From contig NC_092677.1 in NCBI RefSeq assembly GCF_964355755.1, positions 3,308,101 to 3,372,100 of the forward strand: a stretch of 64,000 nucleotides of DNA, read 5' to 3'. The DNA comes from Antedon mediterranea (lineage: Eukaryota; Animalia; Echinodermata). Each line of letters starts with the position of its first letter. The stretch's first letter is position 1. Both the position numbers and the translations under genes were made by a program. The notes beneath the pieces were generated by a model that ran no database searches, was not told where the DNA came from, and worked only from the letters and a program-made list of their open reading frames with translations. Positions 34,501 to 49,500 of this stretch are shown one piece after another.

Positions 34501-37500
34501 GACAGAGCTTAAGAGGGTAGCCACCATCCTATGTGTCTTTAATTTGTTCTTTTATGATAGTGTAGACAGAGCTTAAGAGGGTAGCCACCATCTCATGTGT
34601 CTTTCATTTGTTCTTTTATGATAGTGTAGACAGAGCTTAAGAGGGTAGCCACCATCTCATGTGTCTTTAATTTGTTCTTTTATGATAGTGTAGACAGAGC
34701 TTAAGAGGGTAGCCACCATCCCATGTGTCTTTCATTTGTTCTTTTATATATTTCATCTGTTTATTACTTTTTACAAATTAAAGAATTGAATGATTGAAAG
34801 CGGCATTTTAGGTTGGTTTTAACCAATTTAAAGGTTATAATTTGGTAATGATTTCGTTAATAATTGCTAATACACAAACTAGATTAAATATTTACCTGAT
34901 TTTCTTCCAGTTGTGGCCATATCTTCAGCTTTTACCAACAGATAATATTTATCATCGGTCTCGCGGTCAAGATTGGCGTTTGAACGGACTTCGATTCTTC
35001 CGATGATGGGTTCGATCTGAAAGAGATCTCGACCGTCTTTTCCATCGGATGGTAGGTCTGACGGAGGAATTTGCTCGAAGGAATATTGGTTGTTGGAATG
35101 CTGCTGTGAATCTTTATCGGATGCGGTCATTCTCATTACAAAGCGATCTGACAATTATATAAAATTTGTATAAGGATTTTGGTAAAGGTTTTTGTTATTG
35201 TGGCATTTATTTTTACTAAAATGATTGTAAATAAATAAACAAATTATTTAATTAAGACACAAATAAATACATTGTATATAAATAATTGCATTATTAACAA
35301 ACCAATTGGAGTGAGAGTTAGTAATATCATCTTATTTTTTTACAAATACTGTACCTTAACAATATAAATTTTAATATGTAATCTTAAGCTCTGTCCACAC
35401 TATAAAACTAGTTTGACAAAAAAAAGTGTAATGTGCCCAAATATGGTAGTGATATGTCCAAATATGGTAGTGGTATGACATCATAATGTCCATATATGGG
35501 CATAGCACATTTTTTTGTTGTCACATAAAGTTTTATAGTGTAGACAGAGCTTAAGATTACACATTAAAATTTATATTACAGCACAGTATTTGTAAAGAAA
35601 TAAGATGATTACTATCATGTTTGAAAAGGATAATGGTGTACATACTTGAAGGGGGATTTCCCTCTTCTACATGCCCTTCATACCGCGCTTCATTGAACTC
35701 CGGTCCGTTATCGTTAATATCTTGCACGACAATTCTAATGTCGGTGTAACCGCTTCTTCCAGCGCCATTCTCATCAGTTGCGACCGCCAAAAACCTCCAC
35801 TCTGTTTTATACTCGTAATCTAAAGTCTGCAACACGTAGATATCACCAGTGTTTTCACGTATTATGAAGTAATCACTGTCTTCGCCCTCCAGACCGTATC
35901 TGATGGCGCTTGCAGGACCGACAGAACCTTCATCCTTATCTTCGGCGGTTACCTGTACAACAAAAACATTTGGAATTGTATGTTTCACATTTGATATTTT
36001 TATCTTTTATTTATGTATTTAACTATTGACGATGTACATACTTATTTTATTAGAAGTGAAAAGAATGAAACTTAATATATAATTTAAAAAAGCATATAAG
36101 AAATGAAACAAAACAAAAACAGCAATTTCGATTGCAAACAAACGTTTGTAATACAGTATGTTTACAATGTTACAATTTTTCTCTGTAAGGTGAGTGTATC
36201 TCACAAAAAAAAACACATTTTTAAATGGGCCAAGAACAGGGCTGAAAGTAATTGAGCCTTCTCCAATATAAGACCAATTTCGAACAACTTTGCCACTTTG
36301 CTGTTGAAAACTAAATGCTATAAAAAGGACAGGACTTACTTTTAATACGAAAATTTCTTGATTATCATCATTTTCCTCTAATATTTCGGCTCTATACAAT
36401 TCCTGATTAAATTCAGGGTCTATATCGTTCACGTTTTCCACAGTAATCACTACAGTGGCCGTAGTTTCGTGTTTTCCATCTGTGGCGACGTAGTCGAGTT
36501 CGTAACTGGTTATTGTCTCGTAGTCCAATGACGACGCTACTTTGATTCGACCCGTGTGCGCTTCTACTTCAAATACGGCACTTTGATATGGTTGGTTGCC
36601 AGGTTGTGTTCTACCACCCGCAATTAAATAGTTTAGCCTTCCACCTGTAGATAATATTATGCAAATTACAACAATTTGTAAATTATCAAGTGATGAATCT
36701 TATTTATGGAAAAGGGTTTCATAAACCACCTCATGAAAAAAATAAAAAAATATTGGGGATTCAAATATTAAAGATTTTGTCCCAACAAATAATTTTCTCA
36801 TTTTTTTTGTTAAATATGCCATTTTGATGTTCCATAATCATAATTCACCCTGAAAAAAATTATTTACATAAAAAAATGTAATTTAAAGCAAAAATAGTTA
36901 AATTGGCTGCCAGCCAAATAGCTTTTTTTGGTTGAATTTAACCGTTTGGTTTATTGTAAGTTACATTTTTTTTCTGCAGAAGTCTTTAACTTTATTAAAC
37001 TACAAAATGGCCTATTCAAAATCTGATTTGATTAATCTTCAATTTTTTTGGGGGACAACATCTTTAACAAAAATCAGAATACATGATTCCTCAGTGGATA
37101 TGCAATCTCTTTTGTTTATCATCATTGCCTTCTTCTCCTCCTTTCTCCTTACCTTCATCAGCATCTGTTCCAGTGATGGTAGCAATGCTGGTTCCAATCT
37201 TGACATCTTCTTGCACCGTTTCTGTATACCTTGTTTCACTAAACTCTGGTCTGTTGTCGTTCTCGTCAATGATGGCAATCCTTACGGCTACCGTGGCTGA
37301 TTAAAAGAAAACGATAATGTACATTTGAATAGTGCCATCATTCCAGCAATCAATGATCACGGCGCTGTGGACTTGTTACATTTTCAACTACATGCGTCTC
37401 CTCGAAGGGTCGTGTCAGGTCTCTCTCAACTGTCCACAACAATAACGTTTATCACAAACAGTGTGCGCATGGTGGGAAGGGTTTTGGAGGAAATGTCACA

Positions 37501-40500
37501 ACGAGCATGTGTATGATTTGTTGTTTGTACGCATGCGTCATGACGTTTGCTCTCAAACCCTTCCCATCATACATTGTGCAATGTCGTTCCTCGCAAAGTT
37601 AAGCTAATTGCAATAAAGCTTATGGCTGGGTGTGAACTAGTACACCGTCAAAAAAGGTGACTTGTACAAGTTTCTTTATAGTGCGCATAAATATTTTGTG
37701 CCATGCAATATTTCGATCTATCCATACAATTAGGTGGTATATTGCATGTTCAGATTTTTGTAAAAACTTAGAAATTTATTAAATTATTATTTTATTTTAA
37801 TATCTCATCCCTATATACTACAATTGGAAACAGAAAACAGACAGATATCATATATTTGTACCTGTATTACTCTCTCCTTGCGTTACACTTGGGATGGCCG
37901 AAGGGGCCGAGTCTTCTGCGGTGATGTAGATTACGTAGCTGGATGTTTCTTCACGATCGAAGTTGGCGTTTGTTGTGATTATTCCATTGGTTGGATCAAT
38001 TACAAAGTCATTGTTAATCAACGTGTTTCCTGGTCCGGGTGTTTGACTGTACGAGATCTACAATGAAGCACATTATGCAGTACAATTACATTTACAAGTT
38101 TGGTCCAGACATTATTTTCGACTCAGAAAAATGGGCGGACATGTTGGTGCAATGCAGGCAAGAATGCTGGGGCAAACAGCTACAAATCTTCAGGAATCCA
38201 TAAATAATTATTATTTAATAAAAATGCATTATAAATATCTACATTGAAAAAAATATAGTAACTGCAGTATAATAATTTTGACCCGATGACCCAAACACCA
38301 AAAATAATGAGAAAATACAAAATAGTAATGATAAATGAAATGATGCTTAAGTATGAAGCTAAGCCATTACTGTAGTTACTGAAGCTCTGTCTACACTATC
38401 AATTTGACAAAAAAAGTGTGATGGTGCCCAAATATAGTAGTGATATGAAATCATGTCCACATTCCACATATGGACACATCACATTTTTGTGAACTTTGAT
38501 AGTGTAGACAGAGCTTTAGGTAAGCTTTTAATGGGTAATCATACACGTTGCAGTGACTGCCTCACAACTTTTTTGAAACAAACAAAAATATTGTTTACTG
38601 CAGTTCAACAAAATACCGAATTATAATTAACTTAAGTAAAACGATAAAAGGATATTTACCCGTTGGAAATTTGGTTCAGTGTCGTCGTCCTCGGCCATAA
38701 CTTGGATCACCATGTGGTTCGTATCTTGGTAGTCTCCCTCTGCAATGTTTGCGTAGTAGCCCTTTGATAGAACAAACTCTGGTTGTTTGTCGTTTACGTC
38801 AATCACGTTCACATTGACAACAATGAAACTTTCTTGATTTAAGTCCTGCGCCTTAATACGTAGTTCATACCTAAAGTTGAAAAATTGATATTTTATCTTC
38901 TGGTATTCTGTCTTCTGTTTAGTTCACATGAGGACGGAACACAAGTACTATACAGTACATACATGCATGACAAAGTAAGAAATTACTTGGGTTGCGCTTA
39001 CATACTAGTGGGAATCAAGCCAATAGTAAAGCTTTATCTACACTATCAAACTTTATGTTATTATCAAAAAATGTGCACATATATGGACATGATGATGTCA
39101 TATCACTACCATATTTAGGCATATCGGTACTAATTTGGGCATATCGCTACCATATTTGTGTATATCACTACCATATTTGGGCACATACTTTTTCTTTTGT
39201 CAAACTAGTTTCATAATGTAGACAGAGCTTTAAGTGAGACTCCTTAACTTACTCCTAACTAATTTGGCCAGCCTAGCCCCATATGATTTCATTAACCATT
39301 TTGGCTAGATGAATAGTTGGGTATAAAAGCCTATTATAATCTAGCACACAAGGCATTAGTTGGGCTAGCTCTGTAATGATATTTACCAAAGTATTAAATA
39401 ATTATTGATATTAATTCATCAGTCATTACCGCACCTTGTGGTTTCCTCGTAATCCAAGCTATCCGAGACGAACACATTTCCGTCAATGTCGATTTTAAAT
39501 TTAACTGGATTGTTCGTCTCTTTAGTTTCACCGGACACAATGTCGTAGGTTATCGTGGTTCCATCTGAGGCTGTAGCTGGTGAATTAAAAATAGTGGTGA
39601 GAACGCCAATGTCTTCTCTGACGTCAACATCGGGGTGCGGGTTTGTCGTAAATTCTGGTGGGTCCAGTCGTGCATCAGTGAACACGACCTCAACGGTTGT
39701 TTGACTGACATGCTGATTGTTATCTGTGACTGTAACTCTTAACTGTACGTCCTATGAAAAAAAAGGTAGAAAACCGTTATGATGATTTATACAAAGTGGG
39801 TACATTTTTGTAAATTATATTATGTTTCATAACGTTTATTTATAGACTCTTAAAAGAGGAAAGAAAAAACTAAGGAAAGTGAAAGGCAGATGCCCGTAAA
39901 GATGATAAATAACCCCTTGTTTGGGCGAGCCTTAAAAAGAAATGAAAATAAATTGAAAAAAAAAGAGTACTTGAGAAAAAAAAAAAAAGGTAAAATAAAT
40001 ATAGACTGGATGGTAAACAGAACATGATAAGATCAACAAATCAAAAGTCAAGGCTACAATCGGAAATGTTAGAATTCACTTTAAAGAGTAGTTTCGGGTC
40101 TTATTATAAAATGTTTTATTAAGTATAATGTTGATACAGCTCCACTTATTTTCTTGTCGCAAGGGGCTACATTATATCAATATTATGTAATGTGTACTTA
40201 CAGTATCTGGATAGTCCTGTAAACTTGACTTCACCTTGACGACACCGTTTGGTTCAACCATAAAATAATCGTTTTCGTCGCCTAATGAAAATGTTAACCC
40301 TAATCTCTCGTCCTCTTCATCCGGATCAAATGCTTCCATACGTACCACTACTTCACCAACTGCAGCGTCTCTGGCCAAAGTTGCTAGAATAAAAAACACA
40401 AAATTAGATTTAGTTTATTATTTTACTGAATTCTCTGCACTGTATCTCCACATAATAATGACATAATTATCATAGGCAAATTCTGTAACTTGGTATCATA

Positions 40501-43500
40501 TATGTATCACATGTGATGTCTGTATTTAAAAGTAAGGTCAAGCTTATGGCCTATGATACAACATCACATGTGATACGTATGTGACACTGTATTACATAAT
40601 TTGCCTATGATACAGGCTTCATATGTGGTACGTATGTGACACTGTATTATATAATTTGCCTATGATACTAGAATTATACAGATTCAAGAATTGGCTAGAG
40701 AATCTGCAAATGTTACACTTGATTGATTTCACTGTTTTTGCAAAACCAATCATGCATAGAATTTACAGATGCTACACTTGGTTGGTTTTTCATGAATAAA
40801 TTAACTAAAACGGCAAACTTACTTGCGTAAGACAAAGCTTGCGGATAGACATCATTCTGATCTCCCACAACAACCGTGAATTGACAGATTCCGGTCAGCT
40901 TGTTTTTACCGCCATCTTCAGCGAGCACAGATAAAGAAAACATGTCGATATCCTCCCGGTCCAAGATCTTATTTGTTTTGAGAACACCAGTCACGGGATC
41001 AATGAAGAAATAATTCTTTTTTGTCTTTTCTTCAACAATTCTGTACGTAACTTCACCGTTTGAGCCTTTATCTGCATCTGTGGCTACAACCTAGAGCATA
41101 GATTAACAAAATTAGTGGTTAAGCATTCTTAGCATTGTTTATGCAATGTGAAGCAAAATGGGGGCATGCTATACTACACAAATAATGAATGTTTATGAGT
41201 TGAATGGTGAGAATATTTCAAGATTGAATTGACTCCGCCCATTAAATAACAACTGAAATATTCTCTCAATTAAAAAATTATTGATAACTTATTTGTTGTT
41301 AACATAAACAAAACAATCATACATACGTTTATAACTTCCGAAGTTCGTTCTCCGTTTTCATCAACGACGGGTTTATATGTATCACAATCGGGAAAGGTTG
41401 GCGTATTGTCATTGATATCATTCACAACGATAACAACTGTTGCGTTTGACACGTTTATGATGTTAGGACTTTGCGAACAACACGCATCATCATCTTGGGC
41501 TAATATCGTTATCGTGTAAGAAGCTTCGGTAAGCATACCGGTGATTGATGATCGACTGACGACGCCTATAAACAAAACAAAATTAATTCAAAAAATTGAT
41601 TAAAATGTCTATGGCGATTCCATTCATAACCAATATGAAATGGGCTGTTTTTAAAGTTTTTATTTAAGTTGGATTTTCTATTTACCTGTGTAAGTGTCTA
41701 CTTTAAACAGTTCGTATCCAACGCCTTCTCGTTGGATTTCAAAGGTAAGGCCGTCACCATCGGGATCCGTAGCATAGACATTATTGATCTTATAATTTGG
41801 TGGTGCGTTCTCATCAACTTGGAACGAATATGTCGATTGCGAGAACACGGGACTGACGTCGTTTACGTTGGTCATGTAAACACGAATGGTGGCCGTACTC
41901 GTGGAACCGCCGAGGTCCGTGGCAGTCACGACAAAAGCATATCGATTTGATTCTATCTCGTAGTCCAATGGACCACTGGGGTAAACATATCCTTCTTTGT
42001 TTACCCAGAAAGGTACATCACTTGGGGTCGTAAATAAAACTTTACCATAAACGACGCCATCTTGGTCCTCCACGGTAACTGAAAAGGTTTTAATACAAAA
42101 ATAAATTGATTTTGTGTATCATTTAAAGCCTTGTTCACACTACACTAAATTGAAAATGTTTTGTGCAAGATTCACAACAAAGACATTCGGTGGTAGTTAC
42201 TGTGTTTTATTTTAGCCACACTTTGGTACAGTCACATGACAGTTCATATTTAACCTTTGACTTTAATAAAAAAAATGTTTGTACATTTTTTCTTGTGCCT
42301 GGATGGAAATGAGTGACACAATCCAACCTTGCAAGGCACTTGTTATATTATTTATGATGGTTTTAACAATAATGATATATCAAAAGCTTTTGAGTTTTTC
42401 AATAGACAGGCCAAAAAAAAAGTTTTGACAAGAGCAACAGCGTTTCTTGAACCAGGAAATAATGTACACCTTTATATCCAACAGTTTAACTAGGGCAAGG
42501 TGACAGGATGAGCACATTCTTAACCGCAAACACTGTCCTGATTGGTCAGAATATTACAAAAGGGCGGGGCTTAATGATCTATTTTGTTATCTCACCTTTG
42601 CCAACACTCCTTGTTGTTGGGTTACTTTCACTGATATCATTGAACGCGTAAATAACCTGACTGAACTGCGGAGTATGGTCATTCACATCCGTGACGTTCA
42701 CAAAAACCTAACAAAAAAAAGGAAGAAATATAATAAATGATTGTTTTGTATGGTATTAGTAGTGCATAGGTTATCACAATCCCACTGCCTAGCATGGTGA
42801 TATCAGAGGATGAGATTCAGAGAACATACCACTTTATTTGTAGGGGTGTTTAAAGATAAGATTGATGGTTTGTCTACTGTACACTATCAAACTAGTTTGA
42901 CAAAAAAAGTCTGATGTGCCCAAATATGGTAGTGTTATGCTTAAATATGGTAGTGTTATTGTTAAGCTTAAATATGGTAGTGTTATTACATCATCATGTC
43001 TATATGGGCACATAAAGTTTGATAGTGTAGAGAGATATATTTCACTGTCATTGGATAAGATTAATACATTCTGAAAAGTGGAGACATTATGTCTGGGCAT
43101 CCTACATTATAATTGAACATTTTATCTTAAAATAGCCCTAGTTATCAAATAAAGACATTCTTTAAAAAGTCTGAAACCATAGGGACTCGCAAAACAGGGA
43201 CTGTCATACTCATCCCATAAAGATGCAGGAAGGTGATCCCAGAGGATGGAGGAGTTTTCTCTACAGACAAATTTTGCTAAAAAGCCACATCATTGTACTA
43301 GAAAAGAAAACAAACCTCGCAATAGCCACTGCCGATTACGTCTTCTGCCCGAATCCTAAGTTTGTACCCATTGCGAACCTCTCTGTCAACAACCGATGTT
43401 AAAGATATCATGCCGTTCCCGTTGATGGAAAAAAGATTTCCCTCGGGTTGTTCCGCAATGGAGTACGACACTGTACCAGTCCTCTCAAATGATTTCGCCT

Positions 43501-46500
43501 TTACTGTCAACAATCTACAAGACAAAATCAATTTATTAATTTAGCAAACTGCCAAAGAGGAAACCATGGACCAAACGGAACATCTTAATAAAATCAATAA
43601 ACACATCATAGAAAGAAAAGGAAATAAAATTCATGTAAAGAAATCTATCAAAATAAATAAAACTAGTATAAAAAAAACCACCAGTACAGTAGACCCTTCT
43701 TTTGTTCACATAATTAAAAAACATTGTGATATATATTTTTTTCCATCTTGTATGTATGTTTTGTTAATGGCACAAGTATATACTTTCTAGGTGACATTTG
43801 TATTTATTTGCAAATAAATACAAATGTTTTAAGATTGATTGATGTTTTAATAAAGTGATTTTGATTACAAAAAGTGATACGTACGTTCTCGGGCTGGAAC
43901 CTTCGACCACTTCAACATTGTAAACTTCTTGCGTAAATTGAGGAACACGGTCTCCAAACACTATCAGGATATCAGCGTAAGATATCATGTCTGTCCCGGT
44001 TTCTTTGGCCGACACCGTCAGTGTAATCTCATCGATTCCTGTAAGACTCTGTCCTTGTGGAAAGTTTGTGAACACCTCTCCAGTTGTTTCATCTATTCTA
44101 AAGACATCTCCAGCCGTGTCTGCAAAAAAGAAAAAAACTTCATACATTCGGCAAATTCTATATACATTATCACATGTGTTTCACATATGATGCCTGTATC
44201 ATGGACCCTAACATTACCGAACCTAAACCTTCTATGTGATACACATATGATTCTGTATTATGGATGAAGATACAGCATTGAAAATCATGTGGTATGAATA
44301 TTGTTGCTACCCTATTATAAATTTCATTAACCCAGTAAAATTTTTTTATCTTCTTTGTAAAACTTGCAAACTACAGTATACCTTTACAAACAATTACTCG
44401 GTAAAGAAATTCTTTAAATTCACTTTAATATTTCTTTAAAAAAAAAAAGATTAACTCAACAGCGAATAACTTAATATTTATGTAACGGCTACACTTAATA
44501 ATTCATTCAAGCCTCCACAATGAGGCTATAAATCACGTCAAGACAGATTTTACGAGCATGAACACGCTTTAACGTTAATGTAAAATTTCATTGTTATAAA
44601 CCAAAAAATGTTCCTACATATACCGTCGTAACATCCATTTATTTTTGTTTTCAGAATTAACATTATCTTAAATCTTAAAAAGTTGAAGTTTCATATGGAT
44701 ATTGAGACACTGAGCCGTGTTTTATCGTCAATAAGTGGCGCCTTAAGTCTCGAGGGAGTAATGCTATCTCATCTTAAATTTCCGTGCTCTGTAGTAATTT
44801 GATGATGGTACTCTACTCTACGCTTCAGTGCATCTTTGCACAGTGTGTGTAAATATATTAATGAATTAAAATCATGAATATAGAAATTGTAATCTTATTT
44901 GACCCGTTTTTTTTTTTTATCATCAAAATATTTTAATTTAAATAAAACATTTAACAATCAATCACAACTAATGTAATTAATCATTAAAAACATTACTGTA
45001 CTTTCATTACGAATAACATTAATTTAAAACAAAAACATATGGAAGCATCGAAATAACCAAGATTAGTTTTAATTGTTTGAAATTAACACTTAATAACAAT
45101 TGATGAGTCACCAATATGTATGACTGTACAGTAACTGTGATTGCTAAAAATAAAATATAGTTAAATTGAATACATAATAAAAACTACCCATATTTAATTA
45201 AATTCTACTACAGTACAGTAGTATGTTTTCTCATGGGCTTTTATCTGCCGCCAGTCTACAGTAGCAATACAGTCATCTCTCAGTTTGTCCCATTTTCAAA
45301 ATCTCTCGAGTCCGTTTTTGGTTAATTTTTAAATAAACTTTCGAATTACATTTGAATTTTTACATTATACTACATTACACAAAGTCTGAGTATATAAATA
45401 GAATTCAATAAAAATAACACTATGTAAAAATACTCATATTTAATTTCTTCATTCATACAGTACAAGTACAACTGTATCATAATTATCGAAACTAATAAAG
45501 ATGAATTTATAAAATCTTGTCGTGCTACAACAGAAAAAAAATAATACAAAACCAAAAAATACAATCGTAACTTAATTTTCATTTTTAATCATTGATTTTA
45601 TCTTGTTTTTGTTGATAATTAATAGTTTCCTTCTCAATTCAAAACAAGCTATACTTTCTAATTCAAAAGGTTCTTCTGCTGAGCGCTTTGTTCAATTAGT
45701 TTATAATCTAATTATTATACAAGTTATTATGGCGAGACGACGATGACAACCAATGGATGTGATTTGATTATTGAATGAAAATGAAAAAAAAAACAACCAA
45801 ACACTGATTTAATTTTAACTTAATGTCACGGTTTCTGAGTAATAATACGATGTACACAAAATCTAAATTAAAAAGCATACTTTTGTATTTTTGTTTTGTT
45901 AACTATACAAAAAGAGATTTTTCACTATTACTACTGTCAGTAGCTGTACTTTTAATTAAATAAGGACGAAACTGTGAAATATTCTTAATGAGAACTTTGG
46001 TAATTTTTAAGATAACAAAGATCATTGTATTCTCGCCGAGAAGAGAGTTTTTAAAGTAATTATTTTTACAAATTTACAGTTAAATTGTAGTATTTTATTT
46101 CTATATTTATTTCTATTGGCAGTAGTTATCGCTGTCGGGTTTTATGAATAAATAAAATTAAAAATACCACTGTCTACTAGGAATTGTTTCCAGTTTAAAA
46201 TAAAATTAATGGTAGAAAATCTCAGTTGTTAATGGAAGGCTACCAGTATAATAGCAAGATGCGTTGGGGTATACATAAACACAAGTTCCTTGATTGGGCG
46301 ACATCAAAATCCCTGACATAGACCAATATACAAGAGGGAATATCATCAACGATAGATTTTTGGCTGATCCTATTACCTACACTAGACTAGTAGTAGTACG
46401 GCATGCATAATATCGATCAGAAAATATATTCATAAATGTGAAAGGTTTACTAAATTTAAATATTTTTGTTATCGAGGAATAAGGTATTACACTGTAAGTG

Positions 46501-49500
46501 TATAGTAACTAACTTTGGCAGTGATATTTTACAGAGTTTTGTTAACAGGATAAAATCCTTCTTTGGGACATACATCCGAGGACACTTAGCTGGGTCAACC
46601 CCAACGTGTCCCTTTAATACAGGTAGGTGTAAGGGGTGTACTGTATGTACTTTTATAATACTGCTGAATGGTAAAAGGCCTTTTTCCCATCAGTGTCAGT
46701 CAGTTATTAATTCGTTCAATAAACAACATTTCTCCAGACTTCATTAAATTATATTTCCAATTTCCTTATATGACCTTTGACCCTTCTCTCTTTCGATCAT
46801 AATATAAAGTATTCTATTTCAATAATAATTATTATTCATAACTCTTCAGAATGTATATTATTACCTAGTTAGTAGTAATTGTACACTTTATACAGCAAGA
46901 ATCATCATATCCCTTAGTAACAGTAGTTCATTTCCTTCTAAGTGTTATATTCTGAACATTAACAAGGTAGTTTTTTTTAAAAAATATTGATTATTTCTTG
47001 TACGAACGCAACATGAATATTGATTTACTTGTTCTAATAATCTAAATAATAATTAAATATAAAATATACATATTAATATAATACTTTAATATTGTGTTAC
47101 CGGTATATCAAAAAAGGATTACTGTACATTAGGTTTAGGTAGATGTTGTTATGGTATACGGTAGGCCTGTCAACTCAGCATACATGGTATCGCAAAACGT
47201 TTATTGTCGCTAGTCTATGATAATACAAGAATTGGCTGAACATTGAAATCTTCCTGACTAAAGCTCTGTCTACATTATCAAACTTTATGTGAAAAAAAAA
47301 AGTGATGTGCCCATAATAATATGGACACGATTAATAGTAGTAATATCACTACCATCATATTTGGGCATATCAGTACCATATTATTTTAAGCATCATCACA
47401 CTTTTTTGTCAAACTAGTTTGATAGTGTACAATAGACAGAGTTTTACATTATCAAAAAAATACTCACCTATGAAAAATCCATATGTGATGTCGGTACTAG
47501 AATCATCCGGGTCAACGGCTGAGAGCTGATAAACTGACACGCCATTGGACACTTCAGGAGTGAGCTTGGCAATATACGGTACGTATTCCATAGTCCAGAC
47601 TGGGGGCTCATCTACATCACCGATTGTTATTGTTAAGGTAGTTGAGTTGTATGTCACTAAAAACAAAACAAATACGTAGTTATAATACTTTAAAATGTGC
47701 ATTGTCAAGAAACGGTTTATAGCGATAAAGTATCATGTACAAACATTAAATGAAATTTATCGTGACTTCCAAATCATAATACTGTACATAGCAGTATACA
47801 GATAGTACAGATTTTTTTGTCCCACGGGCCTGGTGGTATTATAAGAAAAAAATGTCTATATTTTGTGATCGTTATGAGTATTTACTAGGCAACCAGCTAT
47901 AAATATCTAATGTCTTTTACTATTGTATGTGTCGCATAAAAGCGATAGGTGCGTATTTACTTTCTCTTAATATATTCTTCGGCAAATTCTATGTGAAACA
48001 TTAAACCAGCATGGCTACTGGTAGAGACACACAATAGCTATATTCATTAATTAAAGCAGCAACCAACAGCCATAAGCTGTCTGGTGCACTTGGATAAACA
48101 GTCATTGTCAAGGAATTTGTATGCCTCAGCATACAAAGGACAGATTAGCATAAAATTAACTGCATGGATATGTGGTTTTTGCTGGCATAAGGTCATCAAA
48201 CCATAACTCCATACTCTTCAGTGACAAAGAAAATGTTAGTGAAGTTTATATTTTTTATAAAGTAATTGAAAATTTGTTGAGGAATTCAATCTAAGGCTGA
48301 AAATTCTGGAAACAATTTAATGATTAACTTTAGGGCAAGACACAATGAGAATACCTTATGATTGAATACAAATGTTACTGTTGTTGATAAAATCGGCTCA
48401 TGCACTAGCAGGGTCAGCCTCTTGAAAATGGATTATCATTAAATTATTATTATTGTTATAACCCTACTATTCTATGGACCAATTCTGACTGACAACCCAC
48501 CACATTTAATGATACCTTCAACTCAATGTAAAGCCAACTTATATAGCCACAAGAAATAAAGTGGTGCGGTTTTCGCATAAAAAGGGAACAATCTCTGTTC
48601 AAGTCAATGGGTTGTCAAAGGCCTGTGAAAAAGTGGTCAGGTTAAAACCTTACCAACCACACTGGTGGCTACGGCCCTGAAATAACGTAAGACTGAGCTC
48701 ATTACTGTAATCCAAGGTTAATTACCAATAAGGATCTCTTTCATAGAAAGTTTAAAGTATTTTGCCGAACATAATTACAGATTTGTTTGTAACAAACAGG
48801 ACATAAAGACCAATAGTACAAATAACAGGTAGTAAACAAGGCTATATTACAACAATCAGTTAAATTATAGCAATTTAGTTTAATTCCAGTCATTGTATGT
48901 TTGGGTTAACTTGTAAAACTAACTTGTTCAGGGTTAAATGAAAATGTTAAAATGTTTCAAATCCCTTACAAGCAGACTTATCGCGCGACGTCCATCTATA
49001 ATATGAGCAACAGTGACAGTATCGGCTAAGTTTATTTAAATGTCTCATATTCATTGGAATACTGTACAGTACAGTAAATACAAACCGAGGGTCCACTAAA
49101 ATAAGTCTGATAAAACAGTATTAAATTAAAAACAGACTCATAAAAATGGGGCAATTCCATTCTTTTTTTAGTTTAATATTTAATGTGCTAGAATTCTTAA
49201 TGGCAGTCTTTGTTTTATACAGTACTTTTTAAAAATATACAGTCAACAGCCAATACTGGACTCCCTAAAAACTGGAAACTCTCCAAATACCAGACTTTTC
49301 TTGGGGACCAAAAGGTCCCAAATTCATTTTTTACCTTTAAAAACAATGTCCAAATATCCACTAAGGTGCAGGAAACTCCAAAATGACCAATCCTGCGCTT
49401 TACTCCAAATATCAGACTATCGAGAAAACCAGACATGTTTGGCCAGCCCAAAAGTGTCCAGTATTGGGACAGTTTATTGTTCTATGAATGAAGATGCTAG

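Noticed and set aside
31097-34747. CRISPR-like array
   Set aside because: Units are near-identical over their whole length with no unique spacers, there are no cas genes, and the context is a eukaryotic intron.
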